From Parvularia atlantis (taxonomy: Eukaryota): 43,782 nt of DNA. Below the pieces are notes generated by a model. It ran no database searches, was not told where the DNA came from, and saw only the letters and a program-made list of their open reading frames with translations. Below, piece by piece: positions 1-12,500 of this stretch (positions are counted from its first letter, which is position 1; each line of letters opens with the position of its first letter). The stretch covers positions 1-43,782 of the forward strand of contig CALSCO010000540.1 of assembly GCA_943704415.1 (NCBI GenBank). Direction: 5' to 3'. A program made the translations under genes and the position numbers.

Positions 1-3000
1 TGCGTGTGCAACGTGGGCTTCTTCGGCAGCGACTGCAGCTGCAAGCGCTGCGACGCCAACTCCCAGGGCTCGGTCACGAACGACTGCTCTGGCCGCCAGG
101 GCACGTGCGGTTGTGACGGCAAGTGCACGTGTGCGTCCGGCTTCCTGCCGAACGGTCAGCGGTTCAGCTACTTTGGTGATCTCTGCGAGTTTCCGTGCAT
201 CTTTGACGGCTGCGGCGTGTGCGGCGGCGACGGCCGAACCGTGCGTGCGCTTGCTGTGATTGAGCGACGCAGCGCTGACACGCCGCAGTGTAACGGCTGC
301 GACGGTGTGCCTTACTCGGGGAAGGCGTTTGACCTCTGTGGCGTGTGCGCGGGCCGCAACACGACGTGCAGCGAGGGCTGCGACGCGGCCGGCCTGATCT
401 TCTTCGGCGACCGGTGCTACGAGCGCGCGCAGATCATGCGGCTCGGGCGCGGGAGCAAAGACGAGTCAACTGCTTTGCTGATCTACGCCAGCACGACGGC
501 CGCGCTTGTACTGCGCGCAGAGCCGCCGGTGTCGTGGGACGTACGCAACGGCCAGCTGGCGTACAGCTGGACGTGCTCGGGCACGGCCTGCCCGGATCTG
601 ACCAGCCCGAGCGCGACGCTGTCACGGCCAAACGACGTGCGTTGCCACCGTGCACGCCTTGCCTTCGCTGGCTGAGCTTGTCTACATGCACGCGCAGATG
701 GTGCTGTCGATCAAGGCGGGCGCGCTGCTGGCCGGGCAGCAGTACACCTTCTGGGTGGCCGTGTTTAACACGGTGAACGGACGCACGGCGCGCGCAACGG
801 TGGACGTCTTTGTTGTGCCGCGCCCGCAGCCCGGCACGCTGGTGGTGACCACGGCGAGCGGGCTTGCGGCGCTGCGCTTCGACAGCCCCGTTCAGCTGGC
901 GATGACCGGGTGGACGGCGGCGACAGACGACTTGCGGTACCAGTTTGCGTACACCGCTGGCACACTCAACGCGACTCTCGCGTCGCCGGGCGTCGTGTAC
1001 GTTGGTCCTGCATCGACCGCCGCGAGCGCCAGCATCGCCGTGCTCGGCAGCGGCGCGTACACCTTCTTTGGCATCGCCGAGGCTGGCAGGTGCGTGCGCG
1101 ATCACACATGCGGTCACCCCGTGCTGAGAGGGTCGCGGCTGCAGCTCGTTCAACGTCACGTCGACGACGGTCGTTTCTGCGGGTCTGCGCGTCGAGACGG
1201 CGGCGAGCGTTGACCAGATTGCGCTCGCCGTCAGCTTCGAGCTCGCGGCTGCGGCCGAGCGTGGCGACGCCGACGCCGTCGTGGCTGTAGCGGGCGCGGT
1301 GTTTGACTCGCTCAACGCGCTCGAGGGGTCGGCGGACGTAGTCGAGGCGGCTGCACTGCGCGGGCGAGCGCTCGGGCTGGTGGGCGGCGTGGACGCGAGC
1401 GCGGTCGACGAGGACACGCTGCGCAACCTGCTGGCAGTGCTCGACCGGGGCGTGCGCGTGCCGGACCAGGTGGATGCGGCGGCCTTTGCTGCGTCGACGG
1501 CGCTGCTGGGTGACGCAGCGGGCGTGGTGGTGTCGCCGTCGGACGCGGCCAGCCTGCTCGGCGCGGTCGAGGGGCTGCTGCTGTCCAAGTTTGCGCCGAG
1601 CAACCTGCCGAATGAGAACGCGACAACGGCGCTGACAGCCAACGACACCGCGGTGCTGCAGGCGGCGCTGCGGTCGGGCCTGATCGGGCTGTTGGCGCAG
1701 CTGACGTGTGGCGCGGGCCCGGTGGCCATCGGCGCGGACGGCAGTGCGCTCTCGGCGCAGGTTGAGACGACGTCGACGGCAGGCGGCCTGGTGCTGCGCA
1801 CGGGCGACGGCGCGTCGGTGGCGACGGGCGACAGCTTTGCGCCCGTGTTGGCGGACGACGGCGCGTGCGTTTCGTACCAGTTTGTGCGCGTGGCGGTGGA
1901 CCCGTACGCGTACTGGACGGCGGGCAACTGGAGCGTGGGCGGCGCAGTGCTCGGGCTTGAGTTCTTCGACGCTGGCTCGAATGCAACGCTGGAGGTGGCC
2001 GGGCTGGGCGCGGACGAGGCCGTGACGCTGCGCCTGCCGTTTGACGCGGTCGCGGCGGGCATCGGCGCGGACAATGAGACGGTGCAGTGCATCTTCTGGG
2101 ACACGCAGCGGCAGGACTGGCGCACGGCGGGCTGCGCCAAGTCGAACCTGACGACGGCCGGCGAGGTGCGTCTGGTCGGGCTGTGTGCGCTGGTTGGTTG
2201 ACGCTCGTGCGCGCACCACAGCTCGTGTGCGTGTGCACGCACCTGACCGAGTTTGCGCTGGGCACGCTGATTATCCGCATCAACTCGCTCGTGCTGCCGC
2301 CGGAGCTCAACTTGCAGTCGCGCGGCCTGATCGCAGCGTGCGTGTGAGCGGGCTGCACGCGTAGTCGACCATTTAACCAAGCGCGCGCGGGGAGGCAGGT
2401 GGTGCACGATCGGCGGGCTGGTGCTGGTGTACCTTGTGCTGGGCAACTACGCCATCAGCCGCGACAACGCGCACCTGCGCGACGCGCGCCTGCCGGACCG
2501 GTACGAGGTCGTGTCGTTCATCCTCAAGGCGGGCGAGCTGTACCAGCGGCCGGTGTCGTCGCGCGTGACGCGGACGGTGCGTTCTGCGTGTGCTTGTGGT
2601 TTGCAGGCGCGAGACTGAAGCGTACGCCTAGCTGCACCTGCGCGCGTGGAGGGACGCGTACGGGACGGACTGGTGGCCGGACGGTACGCGGCTGACGTTC
2701 TGGCAGCGCGCGTACATGGCCGTGCGGTTCGGCTTCCGGTACAACCACAGCTTTGTGTCGATCTTCTTCGAGCCGATCTCGACGGTGCGCGCGGTCGCCA
2801 CGCTGGCAGTGGCAGCTGCTGACGTGTGGCTGCAGGTGACGCGCTTCGTGCTCGTGACGTGCACGATGAGCTCGCTGTTTGTCAACCTGGCCGTGTCGGC
2901 GGTCTTCTTCCAGTACTCGAACAGCAGCAGCTTCTTCGACACGGACAGCATCGCGCTCAAGCTGGCGGTGGGGTTCATCACGTCCGTGATCACCTTTGTG

Positions 3001-3848
3001 CCCTTCACCATAATCCAGTTCCTGCTGCGGCACGTGCACCGGCCGGGCCTGGTCGCGGACGAGTCGCTGGTGCAGGACATGGACCTGCACGAGGTGCGGC
3101 GCGAGACGGGTGAGATCGTGACGAAGAGCTTCTACCAGGAGGCGCCGTCGGCCGGCCTGTCGGCGATGCAGCTGGTGATGGCCGAGCGCAGCAACCTGGA
3201 CCTGTACGGCAAGCCGCCGTCGGCGCGCCCGCTGTCGTCGCACTCGCTAATGTCGACGACGACGGCGACGACGACGTCGACGGCCGCCGCGGCGCGCACG
3301 ATGACCGAGGCGCCGGTGCTGTTTGCGTCGTTCTCGCTGCCGGCGTGGGTCGGCTGGAGCATGTTTGCGCTGTGCTTTGTGCTCGACGTCGGCGCGATCA
3401 TCGTGACGGCGTTCTACGGCGGTGCGCGACGACTGCATGGTTAGATTTGTGTAGCTCACTCGTGTGCTCGCGTCGTTTTCGCAGCCGCGGCCGACGTGAT
3501 CGACCCGACCAACGACCGGGTGCGTGCGCCGAGCGGACGATGTCCCGTTCGCTCACATGAACCGTGTGCAGACGATCGCGTGGATCCAGACGTTTGCCAT
3601 CTCGGGTGCGTGCGGCCCGGCCAGCGCGTGTGCGCGTGCTGATCCGACCTGTGCGCAGTCGCCGCGAACCTGCTCGTGCTGCAGTCGATCCAGGCGGTGA
3701 TCGGCTCGGCGCTGTCGGGTGCGCCCCCCCCCCACGCTCAATCGCGCGTGCTCGCTCGCGTGCTCAGACGGCGTGGGCGTGCACAGTGCTCGTCGGCACG
3801 CTCGCCTCGGTCGGCTCGGCCGTCGCGCTGCTGATCGGCAACCGCTGA
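1..3848 (+). CDS. Polycystin-1-like membrane protein (EGF/Cys-rich repeats, REJ-like region, GPS/GAIN site, several TM helices); 5'-partial, multi-exon
   Basis: Spliced exons give CGVCGG Cys repeats, REJ-like beta-rich text (YSWTC...LAGQQYTF...GWT...LRYQFAY), a GPS motif CIFWD...W...GC / CVCTHLTEFA (HLT at 2240-2248), then TM1 (WCTIGGLVLVYLVLG) and a PKD1-like 'HSFVSIFF...TRFVLVTC' TM block. Stop TGA at 3846-3848. Exon borders are approximate. Confidence 0.8.
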
Positions 3849-3914
3849 TGATGATGGTGCTCGGTGGTGCGTGATCGTTATTGTGTTGTGCGGGTGCACA
3901 GAAAGGCGAGAGTG

Positions 3915-6460
3915 ATGGAGGCAGTGCGGCCGCGGCCGAAGAGCGCTGCGCCGCGTCAACGGGCCAAGGCGGCGGCGCCCTCGTCGTCTGTCTCTGCCGC
4001 GCCCTCGTCGTCCGTCTCCGCCGCAATTGCGACGGCAGCAGCCGCGTCCGACGCGCAGCAACGCCGCGACGACGACGACGACAACGGCGATGCTGCGCTG
4101 CTAGACCAGGGTAACGTTGACGACTACCTCAGCGACGGCGAGGGGGATCCCGCGCCTTCGACGGCGGCGCGCGACGAGCAGCGGCAGCGCGACGAGACAG
4201 ACGAGCAGCAGCGGGATGCGCAGACGGCACAGGTGACAGCGGTGCGGCGCGGCGCGCGGCGTGGGGGACGGCGAACGTGTGACGTCGCCCACGCAGATCG
4301 TGCTGCCGCCGGCTGTGCCCGACATCGCGTCGCTCGCGTATCCCGCCGTGCCCGTCACGCTCGCGCCGCTCACGTCGCTGCTCGCCACGGACGGTGATGA
4401 ACCGGGCGTCGGCCGCCTCATCCCACGTGACCTGACTGATGGCTTCGTCGCTACGCCCATCACGACGCTGATGCCCGTCCCTGTCGTACGTCGTCTACGC
4501 TCGCTGCTGTGCTCGGCGCGATGCTCACGGCTACGGCCGCGCGCAGATTGAGATGGCGCGGTACCCGGCCGTGTCAGCCGTGCCGCTCGCGCCGACGCTC
4601 GTGCCGCCCGAGAATGTGAGCGCACCGCCGATGCTGGACGCGGTCGATGCCGCACCGCGCGCGCTTGCTGTCACGATGACGCCCGAGGAGGCCGACGAGT
4701 ACGTCCGAGGTGCGCTCGTTTGCCGCAGCCGTCTGCGGCGCTGATGCGCGCGTGCCCCAGGGCTTGTCGGGCCGCTGGATGACGCGCTGATGGACCAGCT
4801 GTTTGACCGCGAAGCACTACGCACGGCCGAGCAGTTTGTGACACGGCACAACGTCGCAATCGTCGCCGACAGTCACTTTCACAAGCTGGTGCGCGAGTAC
4901 AACGGCGCGTTCAACCTGGTGCGGGTGGTTGCGGTCGCCGTGTGCTGCTTCTTGACCGCGCACCTCCGCCGCGCAGGTTGGGGAGATCAAGAACACGGTC
5001 AGCGCAGCCGAGGTGCGCGCCAACGCGGCGGAGGACGCGACGTGGCACGTCAAGAACCACCAGATTGTGCAGGAGCAGGTGGCGTGCGCGAGCGCACGTG
5101 CCCTCGGGCGTGATGCTGATTGTGCGTGGGCCGTGGCAGGACTGCGCGTGCGGTAACAAGGTGCGCTACACGATCAAGTACGACGAGGCCATGCGCGACG
5201 ACATTCAGCTCACGGTGCTTTCGGACGCGCTGACCGAGCTGCGCGACCAGTTCCACGTCGAGGTGCGCTCGCCGGCTGCCTTTGACCGGCGCTGCTGACG
5301 CGAAAGGCAGCTGTCGCTACACTCGTACGAGATGAAGTCGGCGCGGCTCAACGTGCAGAACTACCTCGACCTGTTTTTCTCGCGCATTGGCGGCGTCGAA
5401 ACCGTACGCTGGATTCGCTTCGACTCCCGGGCTGTCTGCTGACGCATGCGTGCGTGCGCAGGCTGCGCTGCCCGCCCCGGCAGGCAGCAGCGCGAGTGTG
5501 CAGGCAGCGTCGCGGCTGCGCGGCGGGCGGGCGACGGCCGACCAGATCGCGACCATGATCGTGCGTACGCGTCTATTGCGCCGCCGACGGCACTGCTTAC
5601 GCTTTGGGCATCGCCCAGCACTTTCTCGCGGTGCTGTTCAACTACGAGCAGGTCGGCAAGACGCGCGCGGAGAAGGCGTCCAGCGCGGTGGCCACCCAGG
5701 CAGACGCGCTGGTCCGCTTGCCGTCGCGCTGTTCGGACAAGTGCTTACCTGTGCACATGCGCACGCACGCACGGCAGAACCAGGAGGACAGCAACTCGAG
5801 CACATTTGTGAACGACATGCGCACGTGGGCGGGCTACGTCGTTTCGGCCTTGCTGCGCTTCGGCGACGATGCGTCGCACCGCCACATCCTGCTGTTTATG
5901 CTAAGGCATGCTGCGAATGTGGCACTGCGTCACCGCGCTGACTGGTTGTCAAACGCACGCAGCTGTCCGGGCATCGCCGAGTGGGGCTCCAACTTTGTGC
6001 ACTTCAGCGCGGGCGACGGCGAGGACGACTGGGACGAGGCCTCGATTGACCACTTTTTCGTCATGGTCAAGCTGCTCTTTGTCAAGCAGCTGTGCCCCGA
6101 GCTCTCCGACGGCATGACAAGGTGTGGCGTGCTGCCTGCGCTTACGCGGCACACACTGACGCCGACTTGCAGCGCCCTGAGCGACGGCGAGTGGACCGTG
6201 CTCAGCGAGTCCAGCCAGGCCCCGCGTGCCGTCGCTGGACAGGCGCGCCAGTCGACGCCTGAGACCATGAAGATGCTGGGCGAGCACGACTACATTGCGG
6301 TGCGCTGCCCAGCGCGCGTCGTTGGTGTGCTTTGTGTGACATGTCTGTGCGCGCAGATCCTGGAGCAGTACCCATTTCCGCAGTTTTGCAAGTTTCTCGT
6401 GCGCAACATGGTCACCAGCGGGCGTACGGACGACGCGTGCGTGCGCTGGCGATGCCGCAC

Positions 6461-6527
<67 letters not shown>

Positions 6528-9500
6528 GCTGCTGACGGTGATCACCAGCGCCCTATTCCAGCTGTTTGCCGTCACGAAGCGCTTCATCGAGGTGCTCGCG
6601 CAGGCTTTTGTCGCCTTCCCAGCCAGCGGGTACAGCCACCTGCGGCGTCGGTGCGCGATCGGCGTGGCGCGCGGTCGCCGTGCGGTGCTGATGGTGCCGC
6701 TTGCTCGTGCGTAGCATCGCGCAAGTCATCTGCCAGCTGCTCTTGATTGTGGCGAGCAGCTGGGACCCCGTGCACGAGGGCGACGACGGCCCGCACTTCA
6801 CGCCCGACCAGCTACGGCAGCGGCGCACGTACCGGCCGGGTGCGCTGGTCGTTGCTGCCCCTTGCACGGTCACGCTCACTTGCTCGTTGCGGCAGGTGCC
6901 CTGTCATCGCTGCAGGCAGAGCTGGACGCGCTCGTGATCCGCGCGACGCTCGTGATCCTCATGTCGCCGGCGGGCGGCATCTGGTCGCTGCTGCCGTCGG
7001 TGCCCTTCCGCGTCGTCTCGGCCGACTGCGCGTGGCGCATCCTGCACAGTGCGTCGCTTGCACGCGCTTCACGCTCGCGCGCGATCGCTGACTGCCGCGC
7101 TCGTGTCGTCGGCAGTCGTGCTCAACCCGCACACGGTTGACGGCCACAAGATCCCGTTGCGCCGCTGGGAGGAGATGGTCAGTAGCGCGTACAAGCCGAG
7201 CGGCGGCTTGCACTTTAGCTGGCGCGGCAGCGCGGCCGCGTCGCAGGTGCGCATACGGATCGCTGCGTCGCGCAAGCTCACGGTTGTGTAGGACGCGGCG
7301 TTCCTACTCACGGCGCTTGGCCAGCTCGGTGTCTCGCGTGCCGTGCGCGCACAGCTCGCGACCGGCCTGCCGACAGAGCGGTCAGTCGCGCCGCCACGTG
7401 GTGTCGCCTTGCTGAGACGGTCGTGCGCGCGGCAGCCACCTGACGCTCGAGGACACGGCCGGGCGCGCGTTCATCGGTGCGGTTACGCGCGAGATCTTCC
7501 ACGCGGCGTTTGTCAACGCCGACACGCGCGAGGCGCTCAAGCGGGTGCGCAGCGCACGATCGCAACGCAGTCGCGTGCTAACGCGCTCGCACGCGGCAGG
7601 ACGGACGCGACACGCTGCAGGCGCTGTGCGGCGCGTTCCCCTCGCTGCTGTCGTTCATCCTCCAGCTCGTCGACCAGCACCTCGTCGTGCTCGGCAAGAT
7701 GGCCGGCTACCTGCTGCTTGGTGCGCGCGCTGCCCGATGGCGTTTGCCTGCAGCACTCACCAACCGGCAGAGCTGCCACTGGAGATGTGGGCGATCAGCG
7801 AGGTCGAGTTTGAGACGCTGCGCCGGTGGCTGCTCGATGCGGACATGAACAAGCCCGTCGTGCGTCGCGCGTCGCGCTGGCACTGCTCGCACGCTGACGT
7901 GCTGGCCACACCGCAGAAGCAGCTCGCGCAATCGGTGTTTGAGCGGCTGCCGTGGGGGTACGGCCGCGAGGACGGCGCGACGTGTAGCCCGATTGCCAAA
8001 GGCGCGCTCTCGATCGATGCGCACTACCACCGGCGCATGGCGCTCCTGCTCGTCGAGCACAACACTTCCTACCAGGCACGCGCATGACCTGTTGCGCGCA
8101 GTGCTGACACGCGAGACGCGCAGACGTGGGCCAGCAAGACCGGCCAGTCTGCGGCGAAGAAGCGCGCGGCCGAGGTCGACGAGTACTGCCGCAAGCTGCT
8201 CGCAAAGCTGTGCCTCGACTGCGGCGTCGGCGCGGGCGACACGTTCTCGTTCGTCGCGTACGAATCGCCCCTCGCGCCGCTCGACTACAGCACTGACCCT
8301 CTGCTAGCCATCGCGCGGTGCGCATCGCCGCACCCTTGGCGCAATGAGCTGACAGTGCGCTCTTGCGCAGCGACAACGCCGGCCAGGCCGTGGCGGCCTA
8401 CACACTCCTAGCTGTGTCGACGTGCGGCTACCTGGACGGCATGTCGGCCGAGTGCGACGCGTGCCTCAACGTGCGTGCAGCCCGTGCTCTGTCGCCTTCC
8501 TGCCTGACCGTGTGCGTCCAGACGCTGCTGGAGACGCGTTACCTCGAGGGCCTGCTGTCGCTGGTGGCGTGGCGCCTGCCCGCGCTCGTGTTCCGCGCGC
8601 CGAGCCTGTCGAGCCTGCCGAGCGTGGTCAAGATCGCGCGACACGTGCTGCAGCTCGACGGCAACATCGCGAGCGACCTTTGGAACGCGCTCATGGGCGA
8701 CGGTGCGGTGTGGCCTTTCGTCCGCCGGGTGGTCGAATGCACTAAACGCTGCCGCAGTTTCGCGTGTGGACGCACTCGTGGCCATCTTCGCGGAGCACCT
8801 GCACATGGCGGCGCAGCTGGACCGGCTGCAATTCGAGCACGAGGACATCGTCACTGCGACGCTGCTGCAGTTCTGGACACGCGTGATCCTCGCGGCCGGC
8901 GTGCGTGCCGCACTCGCACGCCCTGTGTCATCTGAGCGTGCGCTCGGTTAGGGCGACGACTGGTACCGCATCACGACCTGCGTCACAGCCATGAACGCGC
9001 TTGCCCGCGGCGCCATCCTGCTGCAGCGCGAGCAGGTCGTGAAGGGTGCGCCGGGCACGCCGTCGGCTAACGCGCAGTTGCGACTCACTTTTGCCGTCCA
9101 GACCTCCTGCAGCAGCAGTACATCGCGTTCACGGCGCGTATGCGTGAGCAGTGGCAGCGCAGCAAGACGTCGGTGTTTGGTGTGGCCGCGCTAGCTCTGC
9201 ATGCAGCAGCAGCAGACGGTTGACACGCTCGCGGTGCCGCAGGCCGCGTCGCCAGCCTCGTCGTGCGCGACACGGGCCCCGCGACCAGCATGCTCATCGG
9301 CAGCGTCCCGCCGTCGCCGGACAGCGCCGACGGCAGCAGCAGCACCGGCAGCGGCGGCGGCACGCGCCCTGCTCCGCCGACACCCACGGCCGCCACTGGT
9401 GCGCTGCCACGGCTCGCGAAGGCGTACGGCTCAAGTGGCGCACAGCCGCGCTCGCCTCGCGAGTCATGAACACCGCTGCGAACCTGTTGAGCGGCGAGCT

Positions 9501-12500
9501 GGTGCGCATGGTGCACGCGCCCTCGCAGCCGCTGCTGACGCACGTGCCAGGGCGTCGAACACAGCGCCACGTGGTTCGCGTACATGCAGCTGTGGACCGA
9601 GACCGTCGCCGAGCGTGATCTGCGCGAGACGATCGGCGCGTGCGTGCTGCTGCCGCGCACCCTTGTCGTGCATGTGTGCCCATGGCTCGGCGCGCGCGCG
9701 CAGGTCGCTTGTGCTTTATCCGACGCTCTCGCCCTCGGAGCTGATGAAGCGCGAGCCGCGCTTCGCGACCGAGAAGCCCCTCGAGCGCTTCTGCATCTAC
9801 CGCTGGGCGCAGGTGCGACGCACGCGTGTGCTTGCTAACCATGCAGCTAATCACGCACCGTCAACGCGCGCAGCACTGCCTCGCGCTCAGCCCGCGTCAC
9901 CCGCTTGCGCCGATGTACTGGCAGGTCTGCCTCGCGCTTATCTATGCCAAGGTGCACTCGCCTACCGCGTGAGGGACACGGACACGGATGCTGACGGCGG
10001 CGCGCAGACGCATGTGTCTGCCAGCAGCGTCAACCCGTACTACGGCTTCCGCTTCCTGTCGACGAACGAGAACCTGCGCAGTGTGCGTGCACTGGGCACC
10101 AGCGTATGATGAACAGCCTCACCGCACCGGCCGCGGGCGCGCAGGAACTCAAGGCCAAGCTGACGATGAACGCGAGCGCGCAGCGGCAGCTGGCGGCACA
10201 GGCCCTGGCGGAGGCCGATCGGCGGTCCTCTCCGGCGGGCCCTGACGAGCCCGCGTACTCGTCCACGCTGCACATGAACCTCGAGCGCTTCTACAGCGCC
10301 GCGGCGCTGTGGCTCGGCGAGCCGCGCCTGCACACGCGCGACTTCCATGTGGAGACGCTGTCGCATGAGTACGACCCGCCGCGCCTGAGCCGCCTGCTGT
10401 CGTCCAACGTGTTTGATGAGCCGGACGCGTTCTGGACGGACCTGGTTGACCTGGACGGTGCGGCTGCCTCTGTCTGCGTGCGGGTGCTGACGGCGTCGTG
10501 TCGTCAGCCGTGTCGTCGTGGCTGGCTGTGCGGCCGTCGGCGTACCTTGACCAGCTGCGCCGACGCCAGGCCGCGCTGCAGGCGCTCGCGGCGCGCCGCC
10601 CGGGCGGACGGGCAAACAGGCCAGGTGCCGTGCTGCCGTGCATGCCGCCCTACGTGCGCTGAGACCGCGACGTGCAGCACTCACCGTGTCGAATGCGATC
10701 GCTCCGGTGCCGTTCGAATACCGCCCGCCCGCCGTCGTGCCGATCTCGACCGACGGCATCGACGACGTGCAGGACGGGACGCTTTTTGACAAGCAGGTGC
10801 GCCGTAACGCGTGTGCGGCGACCGGCTGAGCAGTGGGCGCGGCAGATCACGATCTTTGTCGGCGAGGCGAGCGTCCACAAGCAGCGCCGCACCGTGCACG
10901 CCTCGCTCGACAATCAGCGCGTGCAAAGCCTTGCGCAGCTGTACACCAACGAACCGCGGGTGCCCTTGCGGTCGCTCGTGGCCGTCTGCTAGCTGCTGAC
11001 CTACAGGTGGCGTGTGCAGGAGCGCCAGGTCTCGCTGGCGTGCGACCAGCACCTGTCGCGCTCGGTGTGCCGCGGCCCGGCGCGCTTCATGTTCCAGTAC
11101 CGCGAGCGTAAGAAGGTGCACACATCACGCGCGACGCCTCTGCGCGCTGCTGATGGGCCCGCGCGTGTGCACAGATGGCAGCGATGGCCCTCGGCCTCGA
11201 CCAGGCGCGGCTCAACACGCGTGAGCTGATCGTCACAACGACGGTTGCACCGGCGCTCGTCATTGCCGCGTGCACGGTCGAGGTGACGATCGACTGGCTG
11301 ATCGAGTCTGTCGGTGCGGGGGGGCGGCTCCGTCCGCGAGCGCGCCTTGCGTGCCGCTACAACGCTCTCGCCAGATCTTCCAGGCATCTCGCCCGAGCAG
11401 CGGCAGTTCTACACAACGTGCGCGATCGCCGCATTCTTCCGGCTGCTGCAATGGTGCGGCTGTGCGCAGGCTGCCGTGGCGCCTTTGGAAGGCTGAGCCG
11501 GCGCAGCATCACCGAGGAGGTGCGCGGGTACACGCCGGCGAAGCACTTCCTGCTGCGCTGCCTCGACAAGCTCGGGAGCAAGTTTGTGCGTGCCAACGCG
11601 GACCAGGTGTACAACCTGCTGCGGTGTGTTGGCCCGGCACCGCCTGGTCGACGCTGAACGCCGCCGCAGCATGATGCAGGCCGACGCGCGCAACATCCTC
11701 CTGCTCGCGCGCTTCTTCGAGCCGGCGCTTGTGCCGGCGCGCTTTATTGCGCTGCTGCAGGAGGCACGTGCCACAGCCGCACGCTCTGCTGAGTGGCTCA
11801 CGGCCGCGCGCAGGTCATCGACAGCACCGACAACGCCGGGATCGTGTTCACGTGCGAGCTGATCAAGGTGTGGCCCCGCTACGCTCATGCGCGCACGTGC
11901 ACGAGGCTCATCTGGCGCGCTGCAGCGCTTCGACGTCGTCAAGTGGCTCGCGACCGCGCCCGCGGCGTCGGAGCCCGAGACGATGCTGCGCTTGCTCTTG
12001 TCGTCGTTCGCCGTGTGCGTCGGCATGATTCGCCAGCCGGACGACCCGCGGGTGCGTGCCGCTTTTGTGCGCGCTTGTGCTGGCTCCTGAAGGGCGCGTG
12101 CACGCAGTTGATGCTCCAGAACGCGCTCATCAGCCTGCTCAAGCCGATGCTGCCCGTGTGCTTCGAGCGGCACGTGGACGACTTTGTGCCGCGCCTGGTC
12201 TCGGTGCGCGGCGCGGCGTGCCTCGTCGCACCATGGCTGAGCACGAGCACGTCAGGTCATGCTCGACCAGCTCATCAGCCCCGAGGTCGTCGGCGTCATT
12301 TTTGGTGCGCTGCGTGCGCGACGTCGCGGCGGGTCGCGCTCACGCTGCCGTGGCATGCAGAGGGCCCCGTGAACCTCACGCTCAGCGCGCGCATCATGGG
12401 CACGGCCGTGTCCAACACCAACTCGACCACGAGCGCCGAGACCGCGGCGCAGCTGTTGCGCATGCCGCCGGTGCGAGGGCGTGCGCAGTGGGCGAGCGCA

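Noticed and set aside
434..2446. 670-aa minus-strand ORF
   Set aside because: Antisense shadow of the GC3-rich REJ/GPS gene; Ser/Ala/Thr-rich with no motifs.
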